Assembly: GCA_013140805.1 (NCBI GenBank)
Contig: JABFRW010000033.1
Coordinates: forward strand, 245-64,244
From: Candidatus Eiseniibacteriota bacterium
GTDB taxonomy: Bacteria; Eisenbacteria; RBG-16-71-46
Direction of reading: 5' to 3'
DNA length: 64,000 nucleotides
A model generated the notes under the pieces. The model worked only from the letters and a program-made list of their open reading frames with translations. It made no database searches and was not told the DNA's origin. Made by a program: the position numbers and the translations under genes. The number at the start of each line of letters is the position of its first letter. The stretch's first letter is position 1. Shown here in pieces: positions 18,529-31,850 of the stretch.

Positions 18529-19896
18529 ATGGGCCTCGAATTCCTCAGTCGCGTCCGGCGCAGCTCCCTGCTGGCAGCCGTCGTGGTCGCTCTGGCGACT
18601 GCCGTCTACGTGGATCTTCGCCACGGAATCGGCGTGGCCGCCGGTACCGCGTGGTGCCTCGTCAACCTGTCATTGCTCGCGCATCTGGTGCGCGGAGTGT
18701 CCGAGCGCTCGAGTGCCACGGCCCTGCGCCGTGTGGTGCTCTCGATGGTCGGGACGCTCGCGTGGTTCGGTGCCGGCGCGTGGCTGCTCGTTCAGCTCCC
18801 GCCCATGGCACTCGCGGCCGGCTTCACGCTGCCGTTCGTCGTGATGGTGCTCAAGGCCGCCTCGACGATGCTCATCGAGTCGCCGGCGTGGGCGCCGATG
18901 ACCCGCGGCCGCTGGGTCGGCGCGGTGGTACTGGCGGTCGCCCTCGGTGCGATCGCATTGGTGTCGCGCTTCGGGCCCGACGCGCCGCGTGCGAATGCGC
19001 AGGAGCACGGCGCACACTCGGCCACGACCGCACCGCCGGCCGCGCATGGCGCGCCCGCACCCGGTGAACACGCGCCCGCACCCGGTGAACACGTGCCCGC
19101 GGCGGGACCCAAGAAGTTCGACACCGTGCTCAGCGTGCTCGCGAAGTCGAATCACGGCAACGCGGTCGGTCGCTTCATCCACACCTTCGAGCCGGTGCTG
19201 TTCTCGGGTGCCGTCGCGATCCTCCTGTGCATCGTGATGCTGCTCGCGGCGCGCAACTACCAGCGCATCCCGGGCCCCCTCGCCAACGTGGTGGAGATGC
19301 TGGTCGAGGCGCTGCAGAACTTCGTGGTCGGCATCCTGGGACCCGAGCACGGCAAGCGCTTCACGCCGTTTCTGGGCTCGCTGTTCCTCTACATCTGGTG
19401 GATGAACTGGTTCGGACTGGTGCCGTTCATGGAAGCGCCGACTTCGAATCTCAACGTCACGCTGGCGCTCGCGCTGGTGGTGGTGATCTACGTGCAGTAC
19501 GTCGCGGTCCGCGCCCTCGGGTTCGGCGGCTACCTGCATCACCTCGCGGGCAGCCCGCGCTCGGCGATCGAGTGGGGGCTGGTGCCGCTGATGCTGCCGA
19601 TCCACGTGATCGGCGAACTCGCCAAGCCGGTCTCGTTGTCGTGCCGACTGTTCGGCAACATCTTCGGCGAGGACATGCTGCTGGTCGGCTTCACGACGCT
19701 CGGCGTCGGGGTGCTGGCCGCGACCGGGCTGCCGTTCGGCCTTCCGATCCAGCTGCCGTTCCTGTTTCTGTCGCTCATGATGGGCACCATTCAGGCGCTC
19801 GTCTTCACCATGCTCAGCACGGTTTACCTCCTCCTCATGCTGCCGCACGACGATCACGGTCACGGCCATGAGGCGGAAGCTCATCACGCCCACTAA
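18529..19896 (+). CDS. atpB: F0 subunit a (AtpB) fused in-frame to an N-terminal AtpI-like membrane module; His-rich C-terminal tail
   Basis: The C-terminal ~250 aa carry subunit-a hallmarks (...LSCRLFGNIFGEDMLLV... with the essential Arg, and ...LPFLFLSLMMGTIQALVFTMLS...). The N-terminal ~130 aa are a separate 4-helix hydrophobic module. No stop codon separates them. Confidence 0.75.
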   Translation: MGLEFLSRVRRSSLLAAVVVALATAVYVDLRHGIGVAAGTAWCLVNLSLLAHLVRGVSERSSATALRRVVLSMVGTLAWFGAGAWLLVQLPPMALAAGFTLPFVVMVLKAASTMLIESPAWAPMTRGRWVGAVVLAVALGAIALVSRFGPDAPRANAQEHGAHSATTAPPAAHGAPAPGEHAPAPGEHVPAAGPKKFDTVLSVLAKSNHGNAVGRFIHTFEPVLFSGAVAILLCIVMLLAARNYQRIPGPLANVVEMLVEALQNFVVGILGPEHGKRFTPFLGSLFLYIWWMNWFGLVPFMEAPTSNLNVTLALALVVVIYVQYVAVRALGFGGYLHHLAGSPRSAIEWGLVPLMLPIHVIGELAKPVSLSCRLFGNIFGEDMLLVGFTTLGVGVLAATGLPFGLPIQLPFLFLSLMMGTIQALVFTMLSTVYLLLMLPHDDHGHGHEAEAHHAH

Positions 19897-19914
19897 GAGA
19901 GAAGGAGAACGATC

Positions 19915-20151
19915 ATGGATTTTCAGACCGCACTCGGATTTGCGCTTCCCCTCGGCATTGGCGTCGCCGCCATCGGTTCGGGGATCGGCCTCGGCATGAT
20001 CGGCAACGGCGCGATGCAGGCGATCGGCCGTCAGCCCGAAGCGACCGCACGCATTCAGCTCGCGATGATCATCATCGGCGCGTTCGCTGAAGCACTCACG
20101 ATCTACGCGTTCGTGACCATGTTCATCCTCTCGTCGAAGATCGGCGGTTGA
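19915..20151 (+). CDS. atpE: F0 subunit c (AtpE)
   Basis: 78-aa hairpin proteolipid with the conserved carboxylate in ...GAFAEALTIYAF.... Strong RBS GAAGGAGAA upstream. Confidence 0.9.
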   Translation: MDFQTALGFALPLGIGVAAIGSGIGLGMIGNGAMQAIGRQPEATARIQLAMIIIGAFAEALTIYAFVTMFILSSKIGG

Positions 20152-20162
20152 GGGGAGACGTC

Positions 20163-20654
20163 ATGAATGGATTGATCGATCTCAAGCTGGTTCTCACCCA
20201 GGCCTTAGGCTTCATCGTGATGGTCTGGGTCCTGAGCCGCTATGCGTGGAAGCCGCTGCTCGCGATCCTCGACAAGCGTCGCGCGGACATCGCGGCGGAG
20301 TTCGGCGAGGCCGAACGACGTCAGGCGGCGGCCGAGGCGCTCAAGGCCAGGTACGAGGGCGAACTGCGCGGCATCGAAGCGCAGGCGCGCCAGCGCCTGC
20401 AGGACGCGGTCGCCGAGGGCAACAAGGTGGCGGGCGAGATCCGCTCGCAGGCCCAGACCGAAGCGGCTTCACGACTCGAGCGCGCGCAGGACGACATCTC
20501 GCGCGAGCGCGAGCGGGCCAAGGAAATCCTCAAGGAGCAGACCATCAGCCTCGCGATGCGGGCCGCCGAGAAGATCCTGCGGTCCAAGCTCGATGAGCCG
20601 ACGCACCGCAAGCTCGCGGGTGACTTCATCGACGAGGTGGGAGCGCGCCAGTGA
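20163..20654 (+). CDS. atpF: F0 subunit b (AtpF)
   Basis: N-terminal TM helix followed by a long charged coiled-coil. GGGGAG RBS before ATG 20163. The track's TTG at 20148 overlaps the atpE stop and is less likely. Confidence 0.8.
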   Translation: MNGLIDLKLVLTQALGFIVMVWVLSRYAWKPLLAILDKRRADIAAEFGEAERRQAAAEALKARYEGELRGIEAQARQRLQDAVAEGNKVAGEIRSQAQTEAASRLERAQDDISRERERAKEILKEQTISLAMRAAEKILRSKLDEPTHRKLAGDFIDEVGARQ

Positions 20655-21196
20655 AGGAATCCTCGGTCGCCGGCCGCTACGCACGTGCCCTGATGCTGAT
20701 CACCGAGAAGCGCAGCGAAACGGTGCGCTCGCTCGCGGATCTCAAGGCGGTGCTGGCGACGCTGGGCCCGGAGACCCGGTCGGGCAGCATGCTCGCGAGC
20801 CCGCTGGTGCGGCTCGCCGACAAGCGCAAGGTGCTGGCCGAGGTGTTGAAGCCGCATGCGCTGCCGACCGTGGTGGTGTTCGTGGATCTGCTGCTGCGCA
20901 AGAAACGCCTCAACGAACTTCCCGGCATCACGCAGAGCTTCGAGGCGCTGGTCGAGAAACTGCAGGGCATCCGCCGCGCGCAGGTCGTGAGTGCGGTGCC
21001 GCTGACGCCGGAGGAAATTCAGCGATTGCATCGCGAGCTGGAGCGGCTCACGGGCGGCAAAATAAACCTCGCGACCGAAGTGGACGCATCCCTCGTGGGC
21101 GGGGCGATGGTCCGCATTGGTGATCGCGTGATCGACCGCAGTGTCACGACTCTGCTTCAAGCCATGGAACAACGACTGCTCGAGACGTCGGTCTGA
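20651..21196 (+). CDS. atpH: F1 subunit delta (AtpH/OSCP)
   Basis: GTG start overlapping the atpF stop (GTGA). N-terminus ...SVAGRYARAL... is OSCP-like. Confidence 0.75.
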   Translation: MKESSVAGRYARALMLITEKRSETVRSLADLKAVLATLGPETRSGSMLASPLVRLADKRKVLAEVLKPHALPTVVVFVDLLLRKKRLNELPGITQSFEALVEKLQGIRRAQVVSAVPLTPEEIQRLHRELERLTGGKINLATEVDASLVGGAMVRIGDRVIDRSVTTLLQAMEQRLLETSV

Positions 21197-21243
21197 TGGT
21201 CAGCCACGTCCTCAACACTCAGCCATAGAGAAGGTCCGACCTC

Positions 21244-22752
<1,509 letters not shown>

Positions 22753-22754
22753 TC

Positions 22755-25033
<2,279 letters not shown>

Positions 25034-25051
25034 CCGGGAATCGAGCGAACC

Positions 25052-25324
25052 ATGTCGAACACGTTCACGCTGATGGTGCTGACCCCCGAACGCACGGTGT
25101 TCGAGGGCGCGGTCGAGTACGTCGAGGTGCCCGGAACCGAGGGCTACCTGGGCGTGCTTGCGAACCATGCGCCGCTCGTCAGCGGACTGGCGGCCGGCAA
25201 GCTCAAGGTGCGCAAGCCCGGCGGCGCGATCGAGACGTTCGAGGTCAGTGGCGGGTTCTTCGAGGTCTCGCAGAACCAGGCGACGGTGCTGGCGGATAGC
25301 GTGAGCGGCGGCGCCACGACGTAG
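25052..25324 (+). CDS. atpC: F1 subunit epsilon (AtpC), short form (N-terminal beta-sandwich only)
   Basis: The 90-aa product matches the epsilon N-domain. The usual C-terminal helical hairpin (~45 aa) is absent. Confidence 0.75.
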   Translation: MSNTFTLMVLTPERTVFEGAVEYVEVPGTEGYLGVLANHAPLVSGLAAGKLKVRKPGGAIETFEVSGGFFEVSQNQATVLADSVSGGATT

Positions 25325-25331
25325 CGAGCGG

Positions 25332-25664
25332 TTGACGAGGCAGTCAGCTCAGCGCCCGGGTGCCGGCGCCGCGCAGGTCCATCGTGCGGCGGGCTTCGCG
25401 CAGCCACTCGCGCGCGTGCCCGACGTCACCGAGTCGGGGCAGCCCGCCGAGTGCGACTTCCGACTCTGCGCTCCCCACATGAAGGTCAAGCCGATGATCG
25501 CGAACGTCCGTTTCGCCGCAGGCTGTCGACCGGCCAAGGACATGCTTGCCGCAGGAAAGCTGGTGACGCACGGCATCCGCAAGGGCGACACGCAGGCGAT
25601 GGCGGCCAATGACAAGCCCGAGGGACGCGCGATGAACCGTCGTGTGGAGTTCGCGAAGCTCTAG
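25332..25664 (+). CDS. Possible OmpA-C-like domain remnant ORF (TTG start); doubtful
   Basis: The C-terminal end ...AANDKPEGRAMNRRVEF resembles the end of OmpA/MotB peptidoglycan-binding domains. The rest is only weakly similar and there is no signal peptide. Confidence 0.3.
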   Translation: MTRQSAQRPGAGAAQVHRAAGFAQPLARVPDVTESGQPAECDFRLCAPHMKVKPMIANVRFAAGCRPAKDMLAAGKLVTHGIRKGDTQAMAANDKPEGRAMNRRVEFAKL

Positions 25665-25812
25665 CGCTCCACGACCTCGACCGTGCCGCGCCACTCCGCA
25701 AGTCGCTCGAGTCCGGGCCGCATTCGTTGCGTCCGACCGCTGGAATCCCCTACGGTCCGCCGGTCGGCACGGATGCCCGGTCGACTCGATCACTCATCGG
25801 AGGAGGTCCCGC

Positions 25813-26484
25813 ATGCGCCGCTTCACCGTTTCCGCTGTCGCACTCCCTGTCGTCGCGGTCGCCCTCGCGAGCTGCGTGTCGCTGAGTTCGTCGGCGACCC
25901 TGCGGTTCGGCGGCACTGTGTTCGGCGGGTTGAACGCGTACTCGCTGGACGACTGGAACGACGTCATCGACCTCTCGAACGGCAGTGCCACCGACAAGGA
26001 CGACAACATCACGAGCGGAATGTCGTTCGGGGTCGGACCGCACCTGCTGGTCAATGATCAATGGATGATCGGCGCGCACTTCGAGAAGCTGACGCCCAAG
26101 AAGAGCAGCGACGACCTCGATGTCGAGCTGGCGGCCAACGCCCTGGGCGCCTCGGTCGGATAGCTGTTCGAGCCGCACGGCCGGATCGGATTCGGACTGG
26201 GCGTCGCGGTGGACAAGCTCACGCTGTCGGGCGAGGTGTCGGATGTCTCCAACACGTTTGATGTCGAGGGCTCAGGGATCGGATTCTCGATGCTGGGGCT
26301 CGGCAACTACTCGTTCTCGCCCATGCTGAGCGGCGGGCTGGCGTTCGGTTACCGCGTGGCGGATATCGAAATCGACGACGTGGGAGGACAGACCCCCGAG
26401 GACTTCGACTCGGCGCTCGAGACCGAGAACTACTCGGGCGTTGTCGCTCGAGTGAGCCTGAGCTTCACGCAGCGCAGGAAGTAG
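25813..26484 (+). pseudogene. Outer-membrane beta-barrel protein gene interrupted by a single in-frame TAG at 26161-26163
   Basis: AGGAGG RBS at 25801-25806. Signal peptide MRRFTVSAVALPVVAVALASCVSLSSSA. ORFs 25642-26163 and 26209-26484 are in the same frame, separated only by TAG (GASVG*LFEP). Both halves show an alternating beta-strand pattern. Confidence 0.55.
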
Positions 26485-26531
26485 GGTCGGACGGAGCCGG
26501 GCGCGACCTGCGCCTGGCTCCGTGCTCCACG

Positions 26532-29057
26532 CTACTGAATCAACACCAACCTGCGCGCCCGAACCTGGCCGAGCGTCTCGAGCCGGTAGAAGTACACCCC
26601 GGTTGCCGCGAGCGCTCCGGCGCCATCGCGGCCATCCCAACGCACTTCGTGAGCGCCGGCGTCACGCGCGCCGCGGACCAGCGAGCGCACCAGGCGACCG
26701 CGCACGTCGTAGATCGCGAGCCCGACGGTCGCGCGTGAAGGCAGCTCGAAGCGCAGTGTTGCGCCCGCATGCGCCGGATTCGGCATGCTCGTGTGCAACA
26801 CGACACCGCGCGAAGGCGCGGCGTCTTCCACGCCCGTCAGCAGCGGCGTGTAGGCGGTGAGCTTGACCTCGTCCAGGTTCCAGCCGCCGTAGTGCACGGT
26901 GGCGTTCGACCGCATGCCGAAGCGCACCTTCACGCTCGGATTGCCGTCGGCGATCGAGCCGACGTTGAAGGACTGCGCAGTCCAGTTCGCATCGATCAGC
27001 GGAGTCGTGGCCGGGTTCGACCACACCAGCGTGCCGTTCACCCACACCAGGGCCGCATCCCAGGTGCCGCCGTCGGACTTGTCGGTCGCGAGTTTTCGCA
27101 TGAAAGAGAGCTGCACGTCGGTCGCCTGCGAGCAATCGACCGCGGGCGATTCGAACCAGCTGTTGGTGAACGGTTCATAGCGGCCGAGATTGGCGCCGAG
27201 GCCGGTGATGTCGGTGCCCGCGATCATGGCTCCCGCGAACGCTGCAGTCGGATCCTCCGCGAGCCCGGCGGGTGCGGCAACCTGCCAGTCGTTGCCGGTG
27301 CCGCCGCTCGTCCAGCCGGTTGCTCCGGTCTCGAAGCCCTCCGCGAGCAGCGTGGTGCGTGACGAGACGAGGAACTGATGCACCACCGCGGGCGCGCCGT
27401 CGGGGGAGACTGCGAGCCGATTCGCGTCGTCCCTCGCACTCATCCAATAGCGCACAGTCGTGCCGCTTGGCTGGCCGGGGATGAACGCGTGGTAATTGCC
27501 CGGCGGCGAGATCGCGGTCATGACCTGCGCGACCTCGGGCCCGCCATTCGACCAGTGGAGCAGCAGCGAGTCCGGAACCAGCGCTCCGCTGGTGGTCAGA
27601 CTCGTCACGACTTCGTAGGGGCCGGTGGTGTTCGCGGTGTTCTCGAGCGGCGTGTGCGAGAACAGGAACACGCGTGGCACCGCGACGTGCGCGATGGTCG
27701 CGAGTCCGGCGCGCACCACGTCGCTCTGGATCGCGGTCTGGTTCCAGCCCGTGGTGTCGCAGGTCTGGTGATAGCACGGGAAGTCTTCGTATTCGTCCTC
27801 GATCGCGAGGAACGCCGGGAAGTTGTTGTCCTGGAACGGCACGTGGTCCGAGCCGAAGCTGAACAGCACCAGGTCGGCCGCCAGCGTGGTGTACTGCGCG
27901 CACGCGTCGTTCATGACGTTCATGAGCGGCAGCCAGGCGGATTCGCCCTCGATGTCGATCTTGTGGTTGAGATTTCGCCACCCGATCATGTCGAAGATCA
28001 CCACGCCCACGATCGAATCCCCGCGCGCGGCGGCGGCATCCGCGTAGTGCTCGGAGCCGAACAGGCCCTGCTCTTCGCCGGTGAACGCGATGAACTTGAT
28101 GGTGTTCTTGAACGAGTAGTTCTTGAGGATCTCCGCGATCATCAGCAGCCCCGCCGTACCGCTCGCGTTGTCGTTCGCTCCGGGTGCGTTGGTGCTCGCG
28201 ACCGGCGAGGTCGAGTCGAGATGAGCACCCAGGATCACCACCCGGTTCGGGGTCTCGTCGCCGGGCTTGGTTGCAACCACGTTGCGGGCACTCACCGACG
28301 AGAACGTGAACGGGTCGTAGGCGACGTCGGCGTAGCCCATCGCCTGGAAGCGTTCGAACACGTACTGCTCGGCCTTGTCGCACAGCGCGGTCGGCGTCGA
28401 GCGCGTCACGAACGAGGTCGGGACTCCGCCGACGTTGACCGAGAACTTCCCGGCCAGCTGCCCGATCATCTGGATCAGCGTCGGCCCCGACACCTGATCG
28501 ACCATCTGCTGGACGACCGGCGAGAAGCTGGTGACGTTCAGCGTCGGGCCACCCGGCGAACGCTCGACGGTGGTGATCTCGGTTCGCTTCCGAAGCGAGC
28601 GCTCGCGCAACACTTTTCGATGGTGCGGAAGCAGGCCTTCGCTCTCGGGCAGTGTGCCCTCCGAAGCGATCAGCCAGTCGTCTCCGCCGCGCCACAGCAC
28701 CTGCGCGCCGACTCGCGCGACCTGGGAGGCGTCGAGCGTGGCTTGCCCGTGACCTTCCGACCGCAGCAGCGTGATCATGCCGTGGGCCGGCAGAGCGATC
28801 GGGCCGTCGATGCGAAAGCCGGCCGCGCGCAGGCGCGCCAGCGACGCTTCGTTCGCAACGAGTACGGCATCGGGGAAGCGATCGAGCAGTTCGGCCCCGG
28901 TGGCCATCGCCTGTTCGAGCGTGCGGCCGTCGAGCCACGCCACGTGCAGGCGGGCGGGCCGCGGAGTCAGATCGCGGGCTGCCAGCGTCGGAGTGGTCAG
29001 GAGCGTCGCCGCGATGGCCGCGGCGAACAGGACGGAGAGGGCGGGGTGACGTGGCAT
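26532..29057 (-). CDS. Secreted M28 family aminopeptidase with large C-terminal extension and C-terminal sorting domain
   Basis: Signal peptide MPRHPALSVLFAAAIAATLLTTPTLAARD. M28 motifs ILGAHLDS, NDNASG and FIAFTGEEQGLFGSEHY are present. C-terminus ...TGVYFYRLETLG.... Confidence 0.8.
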   Translation of the reverse strand: MPRHPALSVLFAAAIAATLLTTPTLAARDLTPRPARLHVAWLDGRTLEQAMATGAELLDRFPDAVLVANEASLARLRAAGFRIDGPIALPAHGMITLLRSEGHGQATLDASQVARVGAQVLWRGGDDWLIASEGTLPESEGLLPHHRKVLRERSLRKRTEITTVERSPGGPTLNVTSFSPVVQQMVDQVSGPTLIQMIGQLAGKFSVNVGGVPTSFVTRSTPTALCDKAEQYVFERFQAMGYADVAYDPFTFSSVSARNVVATKPGDETPNRVVILGAHLDSTSPVASTNAPGANDNASGTAGLLMIAEILKNYSFKNTIKFIAFTGEEQGLFGSEHYADAAAARGDSIVGVVIFDMIGWRNLNHKIDIEGESAWLPLMNVMNDACAQYTTLAADLVLFSFGSDHVPFQDNNFPAFLAIEDEYEDFPCYHQTCDTTGWNQTAIQSDVVRAGLATIAHVAVPRVFLFSHTPLENTANTTGPYEVVTSLTTSGALVPDSLLLHWSNGGPEVAQVMTAISPPGNYHAFIPGQPSGTTVRYWMSARDDANRLAVSPDGAPAVVHQFLVSSRTTLLAEGFETGATGWTSGGTGNDWQVAAPAGLAEDPTAAFAGAMIAGTDITGLGANLGRYEPFTNSWFESPAVDCSQATDVQLSFMRKLATDKSDGGTWDAALVWVNGTLVWSNPATTPLIDANWTAQSFNVGSIADGNPSVKVRFGMRSNATVHYGGWNLDEVKLTAYTPLLTGVEDAAPSRGVVLHTSMPNPAHAGATLRFELPSRATVGLAIYDVRGRLVRSLVRGARDAGAHEVRWDGRDGAGALAATGVYFYRLETLGQVRARRLVLIQ

Positions 29058-29233
29058 GAGGGCTCCGAGTCGACAGTCGGCGGCGGTGGAATCAGCCGAC
29101 AGAGATTGAAGGCACGCGGCGGCCCGGTCAATCCCGCTTTTTCGCTCGATGACGACCGCGCTCGAAGCAGCATCGGCAGTCGCGGCCATTCGAAGTATCC
29201 TGCCGCGTCGCCCGCCCCATGACCGGAGTCCTC

Positions 29234-30631
29234 ATGCAACCCTTCGACATCGTCGTGATCGGCAGCGGCCCCGCCGGCCAGCGCGCGGCGATTCAGGCCG
29301 CGAAGCTCGGCAAGCGCGTCGCGCTGATCGAGAAGCAGATGGAGCTGGGTGGCGTGTGCATCAATACCGGCACGCTCCCGAGCAAGACACTGCGCGAAGC
29401 CGTGCTCGATCTGTCGGGTCTGCGGCAGCGCGGGCTCTACGGCGACTCCTATCGGGGCAAGAACGAAGTCACGGCGGCCGACCTGCTGTGGCGCGCAGAC
29501 CTGATCCTCAAGCGCGAGCGCGAGGTGATCCGCGCACAGCTGCTGCGCAATCACGTCAACCTGCTCGAGGGATTCGGACGGCTCGCGGGGCCGAACGAAG
29601 TGGCGGTCGAAACACCAGGCGGCATCGAAACCTGCCGGACGGAATTCGTGGTGATCGCGGTGGGAACCGCTCCCGCGGTGCCGCGCGGCATGGAAGCGGA
29701 CCATCAGATCGTGCTCACGAGCGACGACATCCTGTCGCTCAAGGCGCTCCCCCAGCGGCTGGTCGTGGTCGGCGGAGGCATCATCGGCATCGAGTACGCC
29801 ACCATGTTCGCCGCGCTGGGTATCGATGTCACGGTGATCGACAAGCGCACCGAGCTGCTCGAGATGGTCGACGCCGAGATCATGGCGGCACTGCGCTACC
29901 AGTCGGGAGTGCTCGGCGTGACGTTGCGACTCGGCGAAGAGGTGCACGGCATCGAACGCGGCGCGCAGACCTGGGTCCAGCTCGAGAGCGGCAAGCGCAT
30001 CTCGACCGACATGGTGCTGATCTCGGCGGGGCGTCAGGGCGCGACCGCGAATCTCGGTCTCGAAACGGCGGGCATCGAAGCCGATGCGCGTGGCCGCATC
30101 ACGGTCGACGCGCACTACCGCACTTCGGCGCCGAACATCTACGCGGCCGGCGACGTGATCGGCTCGCCGGCGCTCGCTTCGACCAGCATGGAGCAGGGGC
30201 GTCTCGCGACCTGTCACGCGTTCGGGGTGGAGGCGCGAAGCGTGCCGGAGCTGTTCCCGTACGGCATCTATGCGATTCCCGAGATCGCGTGGGTCGGTGC
30301 GACCGAGGCAGACCTCACCTCGCGCGGCGTGCCGTTCGAAACCGGCGTCGCGCGCTATCGAGAGATCGCCCGCGGCCAGATCGTCGGCGATCTCGATGGC
30401 ATGCTGAAGCTCATCTTCCATCTCGACACGCGGCGCATCCTGGGCGTCTGGATCATGGGGACCCAGGCGGCCGAGCTGGTCCATGTCGGGCAGGCCGTGA
30501 TGGCGCTCGACGGCACACTCGATTACTTCGTGACCGGAGTCTTCAACTACCCGACGCTCGCGGAGTGCTACAAGGTCGCGGCGCTCGACGGCTACAACAA
30601 GGTGCGTGAAGCCGTGCGAGCGCCTGCCTGA
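29234..30631 (+). CDS. sthA: Soluble pyridine nucleotide transhydrogenase (Si-specific), FAD-dependent
   Basis: End-to-end similarity to SthA/UdhA: FDIVVIGSGPAG, GGVCINTGTLPSK, AAGDVIGSPALAS and C-terminal ...FNYPTLAECYKVAALDG. Confidence 0.9.
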   Translation: MQPFDIVVIGSGPAGQRAAIQAAKLGKRVALIEKQMELGGVCINTGTLPSKTLREAVLDLSGLRQRGLYGDSYRGKNEVTAADLLWRADLILKREREVIRAQLLRNHVNLLEGFGRLAGPNEVAVETPGGIETCRTEFVVIAVGTAPAVPRGMEADHQIVLTSDDILSLKALPQRLVVVGGGIIGIEYATMFAALGIDVTVIDKRTELLEMVDAEIMAALRYQSGVLGVTLRLGEEVHGIERGAQTWVQLESGKRISTDMVLISAGRQGATANLGLETAGIEADARGRITVDAHYRTSAPNIYAAGDVIGSPALASTSMEQGRLATCHAFGVEARSVPELFPYGIYAIPEIAWVGATEADLTSRGVPFETGVARYREIARGQIVGDLDGMLKLIFHLDTRRILGVWIMGTQAAELVHVGQAVMALDGTLDYFVTGVFNYPTLAECYKVAALDGYNKVREAVRAPA

Positions 30632-30647
30632 GAGTCCGCTCGGCGCT

Positions 30648-31574
30648 TCAGCGGTAGAGCGCCTTGATGCGTCCCCACGAGCTCGAGACCGAGACCGTCG
30701 GGCGTTCGTCGCGGCGGAAGTCGAGGTCGACGACCTTGTCGCCGGGGGCCGGCGTGAGCACCGCCGCATTCACCTCGACGAACGTGAGCGGATCAAACTT
30801 GTGCACCTGCGCGCTGACGCCATCCACCACGTAGATGTGGCCATCGTGCGGGCTGATCGCGATGCCGTGCGTGTTGCCCCATCCCGTACCCGAGAACGAG
30901 CCCAGGAAGTTGTGCGCGGGCGTCGAGTCGAAGCGGAAGACCTGGTTGGTGCCGAGCGCGGTCACGAGGATCTCGCCGTTCAGGAACGCGACGTCGTTCC
31001 CGCGGCCGATTCCCGGCAGTGACCACGAGCTGACGATCGCTCCGCTGGTCGGATCCACCTCGACCACGCCGTTGCCGCCGTACTGGCAGACGTACAGGTT
31101 GCCGTTCGGCCCGAACGCCATGTCGGCCGGTCCGCCCGGGATGTTGGTCTTCACCTGCACGAATCCGCCGGTCACGCTGTCGTACTCGATCAACTGATCG
31201 CTCAGCGTCGAGGTCACGAACACGTTGCCGTTCGGCGCGTAGACGCCGGCCCACTGCCACGCGACGGGTCCGTAGGACTTGATGAAGGCGCCGGTCGCGG
31301 CGTCGAACTCGAACATGCCGTTGAAGCCGCCCACCAGCACCCGGCCATTGAGCGGTCCGAAGTGAATGCCGAGCGGGCTGTGGGTGGTCGGCGTGAGGAT
31401 GCCGAGATACGAGCCGGTGGCGCCGGTGTAGACGCGCACCGTGTTCGAGACGTCGCCGGTCACGTACATGTCGAGCAGTCCGCCGACAGCGACGGCCGGC
31501 CGGGCCTCGATCGAATTCAATGCGAGCGAAGTGGCGATCAGCACCAGCAGGGAGCGGACGTTTCGGCGGCCCAT
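30648..31574 (-). CDS. Secreted beta-propeller protein (NHL/SMP-30-like repeats)
   Basis: Signal peptide MGRRNVRSLLVLIATSLALNSIEA. Repeated G..G.....G..YV blades. Start moved from 31904 to 31574. Confidence 0.5.
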   Translation of the reverse strand: MGRRNVRSLLVLIATSLALNSIEARPAVAVGGLLDMYVTGDVSNTVRVYTGATGSYLGILTPTTHSPLGIHFGPLNGRVLVGGFNGMFEFDAATGAFIKSYGPVAWQWAGVYAPNGNVFVTSTLSDQLIEYDSVTGGFVQVKTNIPGGPADMAFGPNGNLYVCQYGGNGVVEVDPTSGAIVSSWSLPGIGRGNDVAFLNGEILVTALGTNQVFRFDSTPAHNFLGSFSGTGWGNTHGIAISPHDGHIYVVDGVSAQVHKFDPLTFVEVNAAVLTPAPGDKVVDLDFRRDERPTVSVSSSWGRIKALYR

Positions 31575-31850
31575 GGGGGAGGTCCTCGATGCGAGTTGTG
31601 GTTGGGGCGCCCGGGGCAGCGGGGGCGCAGCAGTAGGGGTGTGCCGGATCGAAGCATGCGGCCGGACGACCGCCCGAGGCAATGGCGAAAGTCGGTGGCC
31701 AGGGCCGATGTTCGTCGAGCGGCATTCGCGCCCGACGCACTTGTCACGCCCCGGCACCCGTTCGCGGAAAACCGGCTGTCGGAGCCGCATTCGTGCCGTA
31801 AGCTTGCCCCTCTGCAAGACCGCGAGCGACTCCCAGGAGGAACGAAGACC

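Noticed and set aside
19915-20151. Possible Na+-binding signature in the c-subunit (Q in helix 1, E..T.Y in helix 2)
   Set aside because: Only part of the Na+ motif (E-S-T...Y) is present, since the residue after Glu is Ala. There is insufficient evidence for a Na+-coupled or N-type ATPase, and the operon order is classical F-type.
27378-29222. 614-aa plus-strand ORF
   Set aside because: Antisense to the M28 peptidase gene. No recognisable domain.
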